Shown piece by piece: positions 9,393 to 16,869 of a stretch of 32,478 nt of DNA. Each line of letters starts with the position of its first letter. The first letter of the stretch is position 1. The stretch lies in IMG/VR virus record IMGVR_UViG_3300038530_002790, positions 1-32,478 of that record. One strand, given 5' to 3'. Below the pieces are notes generated by a model. That model worked only from the letters and a program-made list of their open reading frames with translations. It was not told the DNA's origin and did no database searches. Position numbers and translations under genes: made by a program. The DNA is from a virus. Its lineage: Duplodnaviria; Caudoviricetes.

Positions 9393-9691
9393 ACAACAAT
9401 GCAATTGAATGGAGTCATTGGGTTGCACCTTTGATCTCTTTGGTCTTTGTTGCAGGTGGTGGATGGTTTACGCTTGAAGCAGTTGCTAATGATTCAGAAG
9501 CGCTGGAAGTCAAAGTGGAATCCATAGAGTCTCGACTTTCAGAGCAGGACGTTCTTGAAGTCAAGGTTCAACAGGTCCAAGACCGATTGGAGAAGATGGA
9601 GAAGCTGCTTGAAAAGACCATAGAGATTCAACAGATCCAGATGGCTAATCAAGCAGCTATCTGTCAAGCTACGTCTGCTCGTTGCCGCTAA
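9389..9691 (+). CDS. TM plus coiled-coil hypothetical protein
   Basis: N-terminal hydrophobic helix followed by heptad repeats. ATGA-coupled to the upstream gene. Confidence 0.6.
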   Translation: MNNNAIEWSHWVAPLISLVFVAGGGWFTLEAVANDSEALEVKVESIESRLSEQDVLEVKVQQVQDRLEKMEKLLEKTIEIQQIQMANQAAICQATSARCR

Positions 9692-9899
9692 CAGCAGCAG
9701 CATCCTTTTCTGCTTTCCATTTCGCATTCAGCTTTGCATGACGGTCAACGCATTCCCAACAAGCATATTCACCACGATTCATCATCATCTCATAGTATGG
9801 ATGTGATTTACCACACCATGCACACTCGCTGATATCATCGGGGTGGACGCTACTGTGCAATGCTCGCACCACACCACTCAGAGGTGAGTCATCAGCCAT
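9669..9899 (-). CDS. Small Zn-finger protein (CxxC...CxxC)
   Basis: AAGGAGG RBS before the ATG at 9899; CAWC and CWEC motifs. Its 3' end overlaps the convergent ORF 9389-9691. Confidence 0.65.
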   Translation of the reverse strand: MADDSPLSGVVRALHSSVHPDDISECAWCGKSHPYYEMMMNRGEYACWECVDRHAKLNAKWKAEKDAAAVSGNEQT

Positions 9900-10221
9900 T
9901 GGTGGCCTCCTTGGATGCAGCGCCATGCACAAGAACACAGAAGTCACCAAAATCCATTTTCTGAAAGTCCACAAGAAGTGGAATCTCTTCTTCATGAGTT
10001 GAAGCACTGATGTCTGCAATCGTGGAATCAATCACTATCTTCTGAAGCGTCTGCAGTGCTTTCACTTTGTCTTTTTGTGCTCCGATGTCATGAGCAGCGC
10101 AGGGACGCTGCAGCTGCATTCTGACACGGTCCAAGACTCGCTGTGCAAGGTCAATGAACAGATCATGACTGTGATCTTTTTCGTGAATGCTGCCGTCATA
10201 GGTTTGATTGTACAATTTCAT
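9892..10221 (-). CDS. Hypothetical protein
   Basis: ATG 10221 is preceded by a purine-rich ACGACAGAGAGAGAAACA leader. It overlaps the start of the next leftward gene. Confidence 0.6.
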   Translation of the reverse strand: MKLYNQTYDGSIHEKDHSHDLFIDLAQRVLDRVRMQLQRPCAAHDIGAQKDKVKALQTLQKIVIDSTIADISASTHEEEIPLLVDFQKMDFGDFCVLVHGAASKEATNG

Positions 10222-10243
10222 TGTTTCTCTCTCTGTCGTAAAT

Positions 10244-10259
10244 GGTCCCAAGAGGGACC
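10244..10259 (-). other. Short hairpin between the MTase and the 10221 gene
   Basis: GGTCCC-aaga-GGGACC, immediately 5' (minus strand) of an ACGACAG leader motif. Confidence 0.5.
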
Positions 10260-10270
10260 GGGTGGATTGA

Positions 10271-11041
10271 TCAGAATGGAAGTTCATTCTTCCGATTCTG
10301 TATTCTCTGATGACTCTTCCAGAAGTATTCTTCATCCTTTTCAATTCCCACAAAACCACGCCCCGTGTTCAATGCAGCAAGGCCAGTGCTTCCAGAACCC
10401 ATGCAGAAGTCCAAGACTGTTTGGTTCTTTGTGGTGTATGTGTTTATGAGGTATTCAATCAGGGCTGTGGGCTTTTGAGTCGGGTGGAGTCGTTTGGAAC
10501 TGTGGGGCTTCGGATACCTCAAAAGTGCAGTTGGATATTTTTCAGTGCGGACAGACTTTTGAGCAACCATTGAATTCTGATTCAACAATCTGCTGACTGA
10601 TGGTGGTCCTCCGCTTTTGGAAGGCTTCATGTGTGGCGTCATCTGTGGGATGTATGCTGCTTTGATCTTTGCCCCATTCGCTGATCTGCCATGGGAAAAA
10701 ATCAGAACATCTTCCACATTGTTCATTGGTTGAAGCTTTGCAAGTTGGAAATTCCCACCTTGAATCTTGTCCCACACCCAACGATACCGGAACATCTTGA
10801 GGTTGCTGCATGTCACAACAGCACTGAATGGTGGGGTTGCAGTCAGTGCAATGACTCCTGTGGGTGTGATTATTCGCTCCAGCTCTTTCCACAACGGTTC
10901 CAGTGGGATGACGGTGTCCCACCTACATCCAGAAGTTCCATATGGCATGTCAGCAAAAATGAAATCTACTGAATGATCAGACAGCGTTGGAAGCATGTCA
11001 AAGCAATCGCCCAACATCAAGGTCACATTGTCAGGTAGCAT
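10271..11041 (-). CDS. DNA N6-adenine/N4-cytosine methyltransferase (beta class)
   Basis: Motif IV FADMPYG is N-terminal, HPTQKP is present, and motif I VLDFCMGSGSTG...GIEKD is C-terminal. Confidence 0.93.
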   Translation of the reverse strand: MLPDNVTLMLGDCFDMLPTLSDHSVDFIFADMPYGTSGCRWDTVIPLEPLWKELERIITPTGVIALTATPPFSAVVTCSNLKMFRYRWVWDKIQGGNFQLAKLQPMNNVEDVLIFSHGRSANGAKIKAAYIPQMTPHMKPSKSGGPPSVSRLLNQNSMVAQKSVRTEKYPTALLRYPKPHSSKRLHPTQKPTALIEYLINTYTTKNQTVLDFCMGSGSTGLAALNTGRGFVGIEKDEEYFWKSHQRIQNRKNELPF

Positions 11042-11080
11042 GGGTGTCCTTTTGTGTCTGTAGGTTTGGAACGCCCCATC

Positions 11081-11109
11081 AGTTTATATCTGCGAGAAAG
11101 TGAAGTCAA
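11081..11109 (-). promoter_or_regulatory. Leftward sigma70-like promoter
   Basis: Minus strand reads TTGACT-17 bp-TAAACT, about 40 bp upstream of the MTase start. Confidence 0.75.
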
Positions 11110-11157
11110 CACTTTTCTTTCAGTAATTGATACAGATCAATATTGAATAGAAAGTGG

Positions 11158-11186
11158 TTGCAGTATGTTTGAAACACATATATAGT
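11158..11186 (+). promoter_or_regulatory. Rightward sigma70-like promoter
   Basis: TTGCAG-17 bp-TATAGT. The spacer contains the palindrome TGTTTgAAACA. Confidence 0.7.
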
Positions 11187-11228
11187 TCAGAGAGTAGGAC
11201 AAACCTACAGACAGAAAGGAGCAACATC

Positions 11229-11648
11229 ATGAATCTTGAAATCTTGGCAGATGCGCAACCACAGCAACCTGTGCGTGTGTTCGCAGAACTTCACAACAAG
11301 ACCCGAATCACATGCAGTCAAGGATCACGATTCTATGTGGTGGACGTGGTGTGTCCTTGCTGCTTGCAGGAGACTCATGTTGCACTTGCTGGATGGTCTG
11401 CTGTTGCGTGCAGAGGGTGTGGTGCAGAGTTGTACAAGAATCGGACAATCCCACGTGTCTGTGACATGTTCATTCACATCAATACAGATCCAGCTGATAA
11501 GTGGTGGGGATATGCGCAACTGCACAAGATGATTCAGAATCGGTGCATCACGAAGTCAGAGGTCTTGGATCTTGGTGAACAGTATGGATTCAATCGTGCT
11601 GTGATTGATGGACGCTTGGAAGACGTCAGAAAGATGCAGTGTGCATGA
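11229..11648 (+). CDS. Hypothetical protein with Zn ribbon
   Basis: AAGGAG RBS before ATG 11229; CPCC and CRGC motifs. Confidence 0.7.
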   Translation: MNLEILADAQPQQPVRVFAELHNKTRITCSQGSRFYVVDVVCPCCLQETHVALAGWSAVACRGCGAELYKNRTIPRVCDMFIHINTDPADKWWGYAQLHKMIQNRCITKSEVLDLGEQYGFNRAVIDGRLEDVRKMQCA

Positions 11649-12490
11649 TGTCAATCAATACAAAAAAGAGATTGGTTCCAGTTTGTGGATACAAAGGTGG
11701 GAAGCGCAGGTGGTCCAGACAGATTGCTGATCACCTTTTGTCATGCTCTGCTGAACCTGTGTATGATGTTGGAGCTGGTTCAGGTGCAGTGTCATTGTCT
11801 TTGATTGAAGCAGGACTGCAACCAAACAATCTGATCATGATTGATTCTGGACCATGGGGTGAATTTTGGAAGTCTGGTGTCACTGGTGAGCTGGACACAG
11901 ATCTGATTGAACGGATGCTTCTGCATGACAGACCAGAAGATCCAAGACAGGTCAGAGAATGGGTCATGAATGAAGTTGCACAGACCTATTCACCGGAATC
12001 TTTTTTGATCCTACAGGCTGCATCATATGGAAGCATACCAGTGTGGCATGATGGACAAAGTTGGATCAGAGGTGATGCAGGACGGTCCAGGGGATACAGT
12101 GCGCGTGGGTATTGGGAACCCGGTCCTAACTCACCAGAGACAAAACCAAGACCGACTATCTTCACACCAGAGAAGATCATTGATCGGCTGCACGCAGCAT
12201 TGGACGCCCTGCATGGTTGCACGGTGTTGCATCAATGCGCGGAGAGTGTGGAGTTCAGTCCTGGTGTTGTCTATGTTGACCCACCATATGTGGGCACCAG
12301 TGGCTATCAATCACACATGGACGTGCAGCACATTCGTCAGCGGACCACAGGACCATTCTTTTGTTCAGAACAATCTGTCCAGGGCTCGCCGGACAAAGTC
12401 CACGTGCTTGGTCCACGGAAAAGAGGTGCACTGCGTGGTGTGCAAAAGCGTCAAAAAGATGAACTTCTTTTGGAGTGGGAGCAATCATGA
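11645..12490 (+). CDS. DNA adenine methyltransferase, Dam/D12-like (alpha class)
   Basis: GYKGGK, motif I YDVGAGSGAV and motif IV VYVDPPY appear in alpha-class order. Specificity is unknown. Confidence 0.85.
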   Translation: MMSINTKKRLVPVCGYKGGKRRWSRQIADHLLSCSAEPVYDVGAGSGAVSLSLIEAGLQPNNLIMIDSGPWGEFWKSGVTGELDTDLIERMLLHDRPEDPRQVREWVMNEVAQTYSPESFLILQAASYGSIPVWHDGQSWIRGDAGRSRGYSARGYWEPGPNSPETKPRPTIFTPEKIIDRLHAALDALHGCTVLHQCAESVEFSPGVVYVDPPYVGTSGYQSHMDVQHIRQRTTGPFFCSEQSVQGSPDKVHVLGPRKRGALRGVQKRQKDELLLEWEQS

Positions 12491-12729
12491 GAAAACAAAT
12501 GAAGACAAAAGATTTCGTAACCATCACAGTGGTCAGACACATTGAAGTGGAAGTGGAGATTGAACATTCTCCAGAGGTTCCACAGTCGTTCCACACTGAA
12601 GGACAGCAGGAGCACTTTTCAATCTTGGGTTCTATTGATGTCTGTTCTGGTGAATCCATTGAACTTGACGAAGATGAAGAACTTCAAGCGATCAAGACAT
12701 TCTTGATCGAACCCACAAAACCGTTCTGA
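12487..12729 (+). CDS. Acidic hypothetical protein
   Basis: GGAG RBS; ATGA overlap with the upstream stop. Confidence 0.6.
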   Translation: MRKQMKTKDFVTITVVRHIEVEVEIEHSPEVPQSFHTEGQQEHFSILGSIDVCSGESIELDEDEELQAIKTFLIEPTKPF

Positions 12730-12741
12730 AGGAGAACAATC

Positions 12742-13287
12742 ATGACGATAGAAGAGAGACAGGTGCTTCCATATGTCAAGGGAAGCGAAACAAGCAAAGC
12801 AGCTGCAGAGTCCATGGTGCAGCACGCTCCAAGCATAGAGAGACAGCTTCTGGTGATGTTTATCGCATCAGGTGCAGAGGGATGGACAGATGATGAGCTG
12901 GAGAACGTGACAAAGAGATCCCATCAGACTGTCTCTGCACGTCGCAGAGGTCTTGAAAAAAAGGGTGTGATCTATGCAACGGGGATGAAGCGCAAGACAA
13001 GATCTGGAAGATCAGCGATGGTCTATGCAATTGATCCGTTCATCAGTCCTGCTGAGATTGAGAGCAGGATGAAAGCAAAGCAGACTGGAAGGCCAAAGAG
13101 CGACAATCCACGCAACAGCAGAATCACAATCTGCTTCAATGCTGAAGAGATGAAACACGTGAAGCACGCTGCAGATGTGGAGATGGTCACAGTTGCGCAG
13201 CTGGTGCGCAAGTCCGTCATCCAGTATCTGTGCACGCAGCACGAAGTGGACAGAAAATGTCTGCAAGAAAGTTCAGAGATCAGTTAA
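12742..13287 (+). CDS. DNA-binding protein: winged HTH plus C-terminal ribbon-helix-helix-like domain
   Basis: GWTDDEL...HQTVSARRRGLEKKG...RKTRSGR is wHTH-like. GRPK...RITICFNAEE...VAQLVR is RHH/MobC-like. Confidence 0.7.
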   Translation: MTIEERQVLPYVKGSETSKAAAESMVQHAPSIERQLLVMFIASGAEGWTDDELENVTKRSHQTVSARRRGLEKKGVIYATGMKRKTRSGRSAMVYAIDPFISPAEIESRMKAKQTGRPKSDNPRNSRITICFNAEEMKHVKHAADVEMVTVAQLVRKSVIQYLCTQHEVDRKCLQESSEIS

Positions 13288-13326
13288 CATTCAACAGCCA
13301 ATCAAGGCACAACGACAGGAAAAGCA

Positions 13327-13791
13327 ATGACTTCAATTTTCCCATGCAACAGCATGGTCAATGACACGTTCGACATGCTCCGAAACAATACGACCGATCA
13401 AAGGAAAGTGGAATTCCCTGATTGGGAATGGCCCAATTCTGATCTCAGACACTCTCAAGAGTGCGTCAGATTTGTGCTGGAGATTGATCGGAAGTACTAC
13501 ATCCAAATTTCAAAGCGAATGGCCCGAACAACAGCAGCTGGAGCGATACCAAAATTCACTGTAACGGTCTTTGAACCAGATCAGCCCAACATAGGACGGA
13601 CACTGGAGCTGGATGAACGCTCATACTTACAAGCTGAGGAACTGTGTTCTGTGTTGTACATAGATCCAAGAGGTGCAGATGCTTTGTGTGGAATCTTCAA
13701 TTCGCTTGGAGTAAACACAATCACATCCAATGGAGACATCATCACACTGCAGAAAGATGACACCATGGAAAGCGTTGGAGGTCTGTCATGA
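13327..13791 (+). CDS. Hypothetical protein
   Basis: 154-aa ORF with an ACGACAGGAAAAGCA leader; ATGA-coupled to the next gene. Confidence 0.65.
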   Translation: MTSIFPCNSMVNDTFDMLRNNTTDQRKVEFPDWEWPNSDLRHSQECVRFVLEIDRKYYIQISKRMARTTAAGAIPKFTVTVFEPDQPNIGRTLELDERSYLQAEELCSVLYIDPRGADALCGIFNSLGVNTITSNGDIITLQKDDTMESVGGLS

Positions 13792-14615
13792 CTTTTGATC
13801 CATACAATCTTCCAGACGGATTCCCTTCAGATGGTGTGCAAGAGATTCAGCGGAAGCCATACATCACACACGTAGGGCTGGTGTGGCTTGCTAATCATCG
13901 TGGAAAGCCATGGAGCAGCACCATTGACCACATCGAAAGACAATATGGTGATGATGGGTGGCCCACATACGTGGAAGTGACAGTCACCATATCAGATGGG
14001 GAGATCAGTCACACTGCGATGGGTGACGCCACTCGCAACAATGTTGGAAGAAACATCGTTCCACACTTTGTCAGGATGGCACACACAAGAGCGATGAACC
14101 GTGCACTGCGCTCCTTCTGTGGATATGCTGGATGCACTGCAGATGAGTTGGGTCAGTACGATGAAGACCCGACATTCAGTGGTTCTTCTGGTGCACAGAT
14201 GACACATGCACCAATGGTCGAGAACGGGAATGCACAACCCCGTGACACTTCCGTCCAGAATCGTGCACCCCGTTCAGCAAAGAATGGAGATCCATCATGT
14301 CCACACTGTGGATCGATGGTGTACGACAATCGCGGGACAGCCAAAGGAAAGCAGCCACTCTTTGTCTGTAGTGCAGGGGAGAGGTGTACCGGCGCCAAGA
14401 AGAAAGGGGACAAGATTTATGCATGGTCATCATGGGATGTGGACTGGTGGGACAAACAGCTGCATGACATCAAGATGATGAATGCAGACAATCAGAAGGT
14501 GGATGTGATTGCAGGAAACCTTGCAGAGAGTATGGTGCTGGATGGTCAGCATCAAGACGAAGTCAACCAAAGAGAAGAACCGCCGTTCTTCAGTGATGAA
14601 GACATTCCATACTAA
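13788..14615 (+). CDS. Putative single-strand annealing protein (Rad52/Sak-like) with Zn ribbon and acidic tail
   Basis: GDA...RMAHTRAMNRALR...TADEL core, a CPHCG...C...C ribbon and an SSB-like C-terminus (SDEDIPY). Adjacent to Gp157 and RusA. Confidence 0.6.
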   Translation: MTFDPYNLPDGFPSDGVQEIQRKPYITHVGLVWLANHRGKPWSSTIDHIERQYGDDGWPTYVEVTVTISDGEISHTAMGDATRNNVGRNIVPHFVRMAHTRAMNRALRSFCGYAGCTADELGQYDEDPTFSGSSGAQMTHAPMVENGNAQPRDTSVQNRAPRSAKNGDPSCPHCGSMVYDNRGTAKGKQPLFVCSAGERCTGAKKKGDKIYAWSSWDVDWWDKQLHDIKMMNADNQKVDVIAGNLAESMVLDGQHQDEVNQREEPPFFSDEDIPY

Positions 14616-14625
14616 AGGAGAGAAC

Positions 14626-15177
14626 ATGGAAACGACAGAAACAAAACCTTCCACGGGTCTGCAGCTGATGCGCAGAGCAGAATCAATCATTGAACAGCTG
14701 TGGGGATCAGAAGGGGAGTTGCTTGGTGTCATCAATGATGAGATTGAAGACTTCTTCAATGACTCTGATCACAAGATTGATCAGTATCGATATGTGAGAG
14801 AGATGCTGCTTGCGAAAGCTGAGAGAGCAAAAGCAAACAGGGAGAGATTCAGCAAGCTGGAAAAGCAGTGCAGGAATGAGATCAATCGAATCAGCACCAG
14901 ATGTCTTGCTTTGATGGAAGCAAGAATGGAAGTGGACCATGAAAAGGGGCGCAAGTTCCTATCGGACCATGGGACCGTCTTTGTGTCGGATCGAACCTCT
15001 TTGGAGATTGATGATGAAGAAGCATTCATCAAGCTGTGGTTGAAGAATGATCCTTCTCTGATCACAGAACAAGTCATCCACAAGATTGACAAGATTGCAC
15101 TGAAGTCCGCATTGAAGAATGGACGGGAGATTGAAGGTGCTCGTCTTGTGGTCAATCGTGGTGTCACTTTCCGATAG
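14626..15177 (+). CDS. Siphovirus Gp157-like protein
   Basis: Coiled coil followed by KIDKIALKSALKNGREIEGARLV; AAGGAG RBS. Confidence 0.8.
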   Translation: METTETKPSTGLQLMRRAESIIEQLWGSEGELLGVINDEIEDFFNDSDHKIDQYRYVREMLLAKAERAKANRERFSKLEKQCRNEINRISTRCLALMEARMEVDHEKGRKFLSDHGTVFVSDRTSLEIDDEEAFIKLWLKNDPSLITEQVIHKIDKIALKSALKNGREIEGARLVVNRGVTFR

Positions 15178-15179
15178 TC

Positions 15180-15226
15180 AAAAAAGCCCACCACGCATCC
15201 AGAGGTCTTTGGATACGTGGTGGGCT
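15180..15226 (-). terminator. Intrinsic terminator oriented on the minus strand
   Basis: 17-bp stem (15185-15201 with 15210-15226). The C/A mismatch on the plus strand becomes a U-G pair on minus-strand RNA, and the stem ends in a U run only on the minus strand. Confidence 0.75.
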
Positions 15227-15250
15227 ACGACAGAAAGAGCAATGTGCTCA
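15180..15250 (-). ncRNA. Candidate ~70-nt antisense small RNA
   Basis: Lies between a minus-strand extended -10 (TGtTATCGT, 15264-15256) and the minus-strand terminator. Its 5' part is complementary to the ACGACAG leader motifs. Inferred, not recognised as a known family. Confidence 0.45.
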
Positions 15251-15263
15251 AAGGTACGATAAC

Positions 15264-15710
15264 ATGATTCAATGGACACAATGGTGCAAATTCACTGTAC
15301 CCGGTGACCCAATACCAAAAGCACGTGCACGATCGTTCCGCACTGCAACTGGAATCGCTCACTACACACCACAGCGCACCAAGCAATATGAGAGAGACAT
15401 TCAGACTCTTGCTGCTCAGTATGCACGGAACAAACCGCCACCCAAGACACCAATCAGATTGACTGTGATCGCTATCTTCAAGCGTCCAAAATATCTGCAG
15501 AAGAAGTCATCACCAGTGGGTCTGGTCCCGCACTGCGTCAGACCAGATCTGGACAATGTTCTGAAAGCTGTCAAGGATTCGCTGAACGGGATATTGTATG
15601 AAGACGACGGACAGGTGTGCTCCATACGTGCTGAATGTTTCTATGCTGAGAAGCTACACAACCATGCACGTACAGAAATCATCATCCATAAACCCATGGA
15701 GGTGACTTAG
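15264..15710 (+). CDS. rusA: RusA-family Holliday junction resolvase
   Basis: VPGDPIPKARAR, RPDLDNVLKAVKDSLNGILYEDDGQV and a terminal RTEIII. Confidence 0.92.
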   Translation: MIQWTQWCKFTVPGDPIPKARARSFRTATGIAHYTPQRTKQYERDIQTLAAQYARNKPPPKTPIRLTVIAIFKRPKYLQKKSSPVGLVPHCVRPDLDNVLKAVKDSLNGILYEDDGQVCSIRAECFYAEKLHNHARTEIIIHKPMEVT

Positions 15711-16141
15711 TGAACATATGGCACCCTGCACCGAGAGGTCTAATAGTTGCAGCAGCCACAGAACGATGGACAAGAGAACGACCAGCAACAGAATTGGTGG
15801 TGTATCTGTGGGTGTGGTCTCAGCGTGAAGATGGAGAGAGACCCACCAGACGACAGATTGCAAGACTCTTTGGATGGACTGAACACTATGCACGGAAGAT
15901 GCTGATCAGGGTTGCAGAAGACCATGAACAGTGGCTGAAGATGGTGTCACCCAAGACTGTTGGAAGTCGTCACCCACCGGAGCACAATGATTCTGAAGAC
16001 TTACAGAACAGAATCACCCAAGATTCACCACGTATCATCCGTGATTCACCCGATCGCGTGCGCGAATTCACAACACAATCAAATTCAAAACACATCAATC
16101 AAATTGGAATGGAGTTGGGAAGATGGCATCGAAAGCAGTAA
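15710..16141 (+). CDS. Putative replication initiator-like HTH protein
   Basis: LVVYLWVWS...PTRRQIARLFGWT is HTH-like and is followed by a low-complexity linker carrying DNA repeats. The next gene is loader-like. Confidence 0.55.
   Translation: MNIWHPAPRGLIVAAATERWTRERPATELVVYLWVWSQREDGERPTRRQIARLFGWTEHYARKMLIRVAEDHEQWLKMVSPKTVGSRHPPEHNDSEDLQNRITQDSPRIIRDSPDRVREFTTQSNSKHINQIGMELGRWHRKQ
15947..16105. other. Candidate replication origin (iteron-like repeats plus A-rich tract)
   Basis: TCACCCAAGA at 15947 and 16014; GATTCACC at 16022 and 16043; AATTCAC at 16065; A-rich tract at 16071-16105. Confidence 0.5.
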
Positions 16142-16665
16142 TCATCAGGACACTTGAAGCAATAGCAAACAACCACAACAAGCCGCGATGGTGGATCGAT
16201 GACAGCATCATGGTGTGGATGGATCAGCTTGAAGATGTTTCAGATTCAGATCTGATTCAAGGGACCAAAGAACTTCTGAGAACATCGAAGCAGCTTCCAA
16301 CAGTTGCAAGACTTCGAGAGGTGATGGTTGCAAGCACACAAACCAAGGTAGGTGATCCAGTCACACATAGAGCATGCAAAGCGTGCAACGGAACTGGAAT
16401 GCGACAGTTGGTGAGGTGGTTCAGAATGCACGGGAAGCAGAAGGTCTGGTCTGGTGTGGCTGCATGTGATTGTGAGAAGGGTCGAGTGCTTGCAATGGGT
16501 GCATTCCCTGTATGGTCAGACGTTGTGAATCAATGGAAAGCAGATGATTTCACGGACAAGATCTTCTTCGGGACTCACAAAGAGCCACACATATCCTTCA
16601 AAGACAGTGTTCTTCCAGAGGTATATGAACGATCACAAGCAAGGTCTGAAGATGCCTCTTTATGA
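16123..16665 (+). CDS. Replication protein (helicase-loader-associated-like N-terminus plus Zn motif)
   Basis: VWMDQLEDVS...LPTVARL resembles G39P/P-type helical domains; CKACNGTG...CDC motif. Confidence 0.5.
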   Translation: MASKAVIIRTLEAIANNHNKPRWWIDDSIMVWMDQLEDVSDSDLIQGTKELLRTSKQLPTVARLREVMVASTQTKVGDPVTHRACKACNGTGMRQLVRWFRMHGKQKVWSGVAACDCEKGRVLAMGAFPVWSDVVNQWKADDFTDKIFFGTHKEPHISFKDSVLPEVYERSQARSEDASL

Positions 16666-16843
16666 ATACATGTGCAAAGAGTGTGGACACACAGTGGAGG
16701 TTCTGCAGTCATTCAATGCAGATGCACCAGTGTGCAATCAATGCAAACAGAACCAAGACAAACAGCATCAGATGGTGAAGCAGATTTCACGGAGCAGCTT
16801 CATATTGAAGGGATCTGGATGGGAGAGGGATGGATATGGGTGA
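16652..16843 (+). CDS. FmdB-family zinc ribbon protein
   Basis: MPLYEYMCKECGH..E.LQ...CNQC...SSFILKGSGW..DGY. Confidence 0.88.
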   Translation: MPLYEYMCKECGHTVEVLQSFNADAPVCNQCKQNQDKQHQMVKQISRSSFILKGSGWERDGYG

Positions 16844-16854
16844 TAGGATTGCAC
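16841..16854 (+). promoter_or_regulatory. Candidate extended -10 promoter (TGaTAGGAT), copy 2
   Basis: TGATAGGATTGCAC followed by AGGAGG; matches 4457-4471. Confidence 0.45.
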
Positions 16855-16869
16855 CATAGGAGGATGGAC

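Noticed and set aside
9669-13287. Lysogeny module or att site
   Set aside because: No tyrosine or serine recombinase motifs or CI-like HTH-peptidase were recognised, and there is no flanking host DNA.
15185-15226. tRNA or plus-strand terminator
   Set aside because: There is no cloverleaf, and on the plus strand the stem has a C-A mismatch and no following U tract.
15242-15262. Mini-ORF MCSKVR as a real gene
   Set aside because: It is only six codons and is better explained as part of the antisense element or as a relic.
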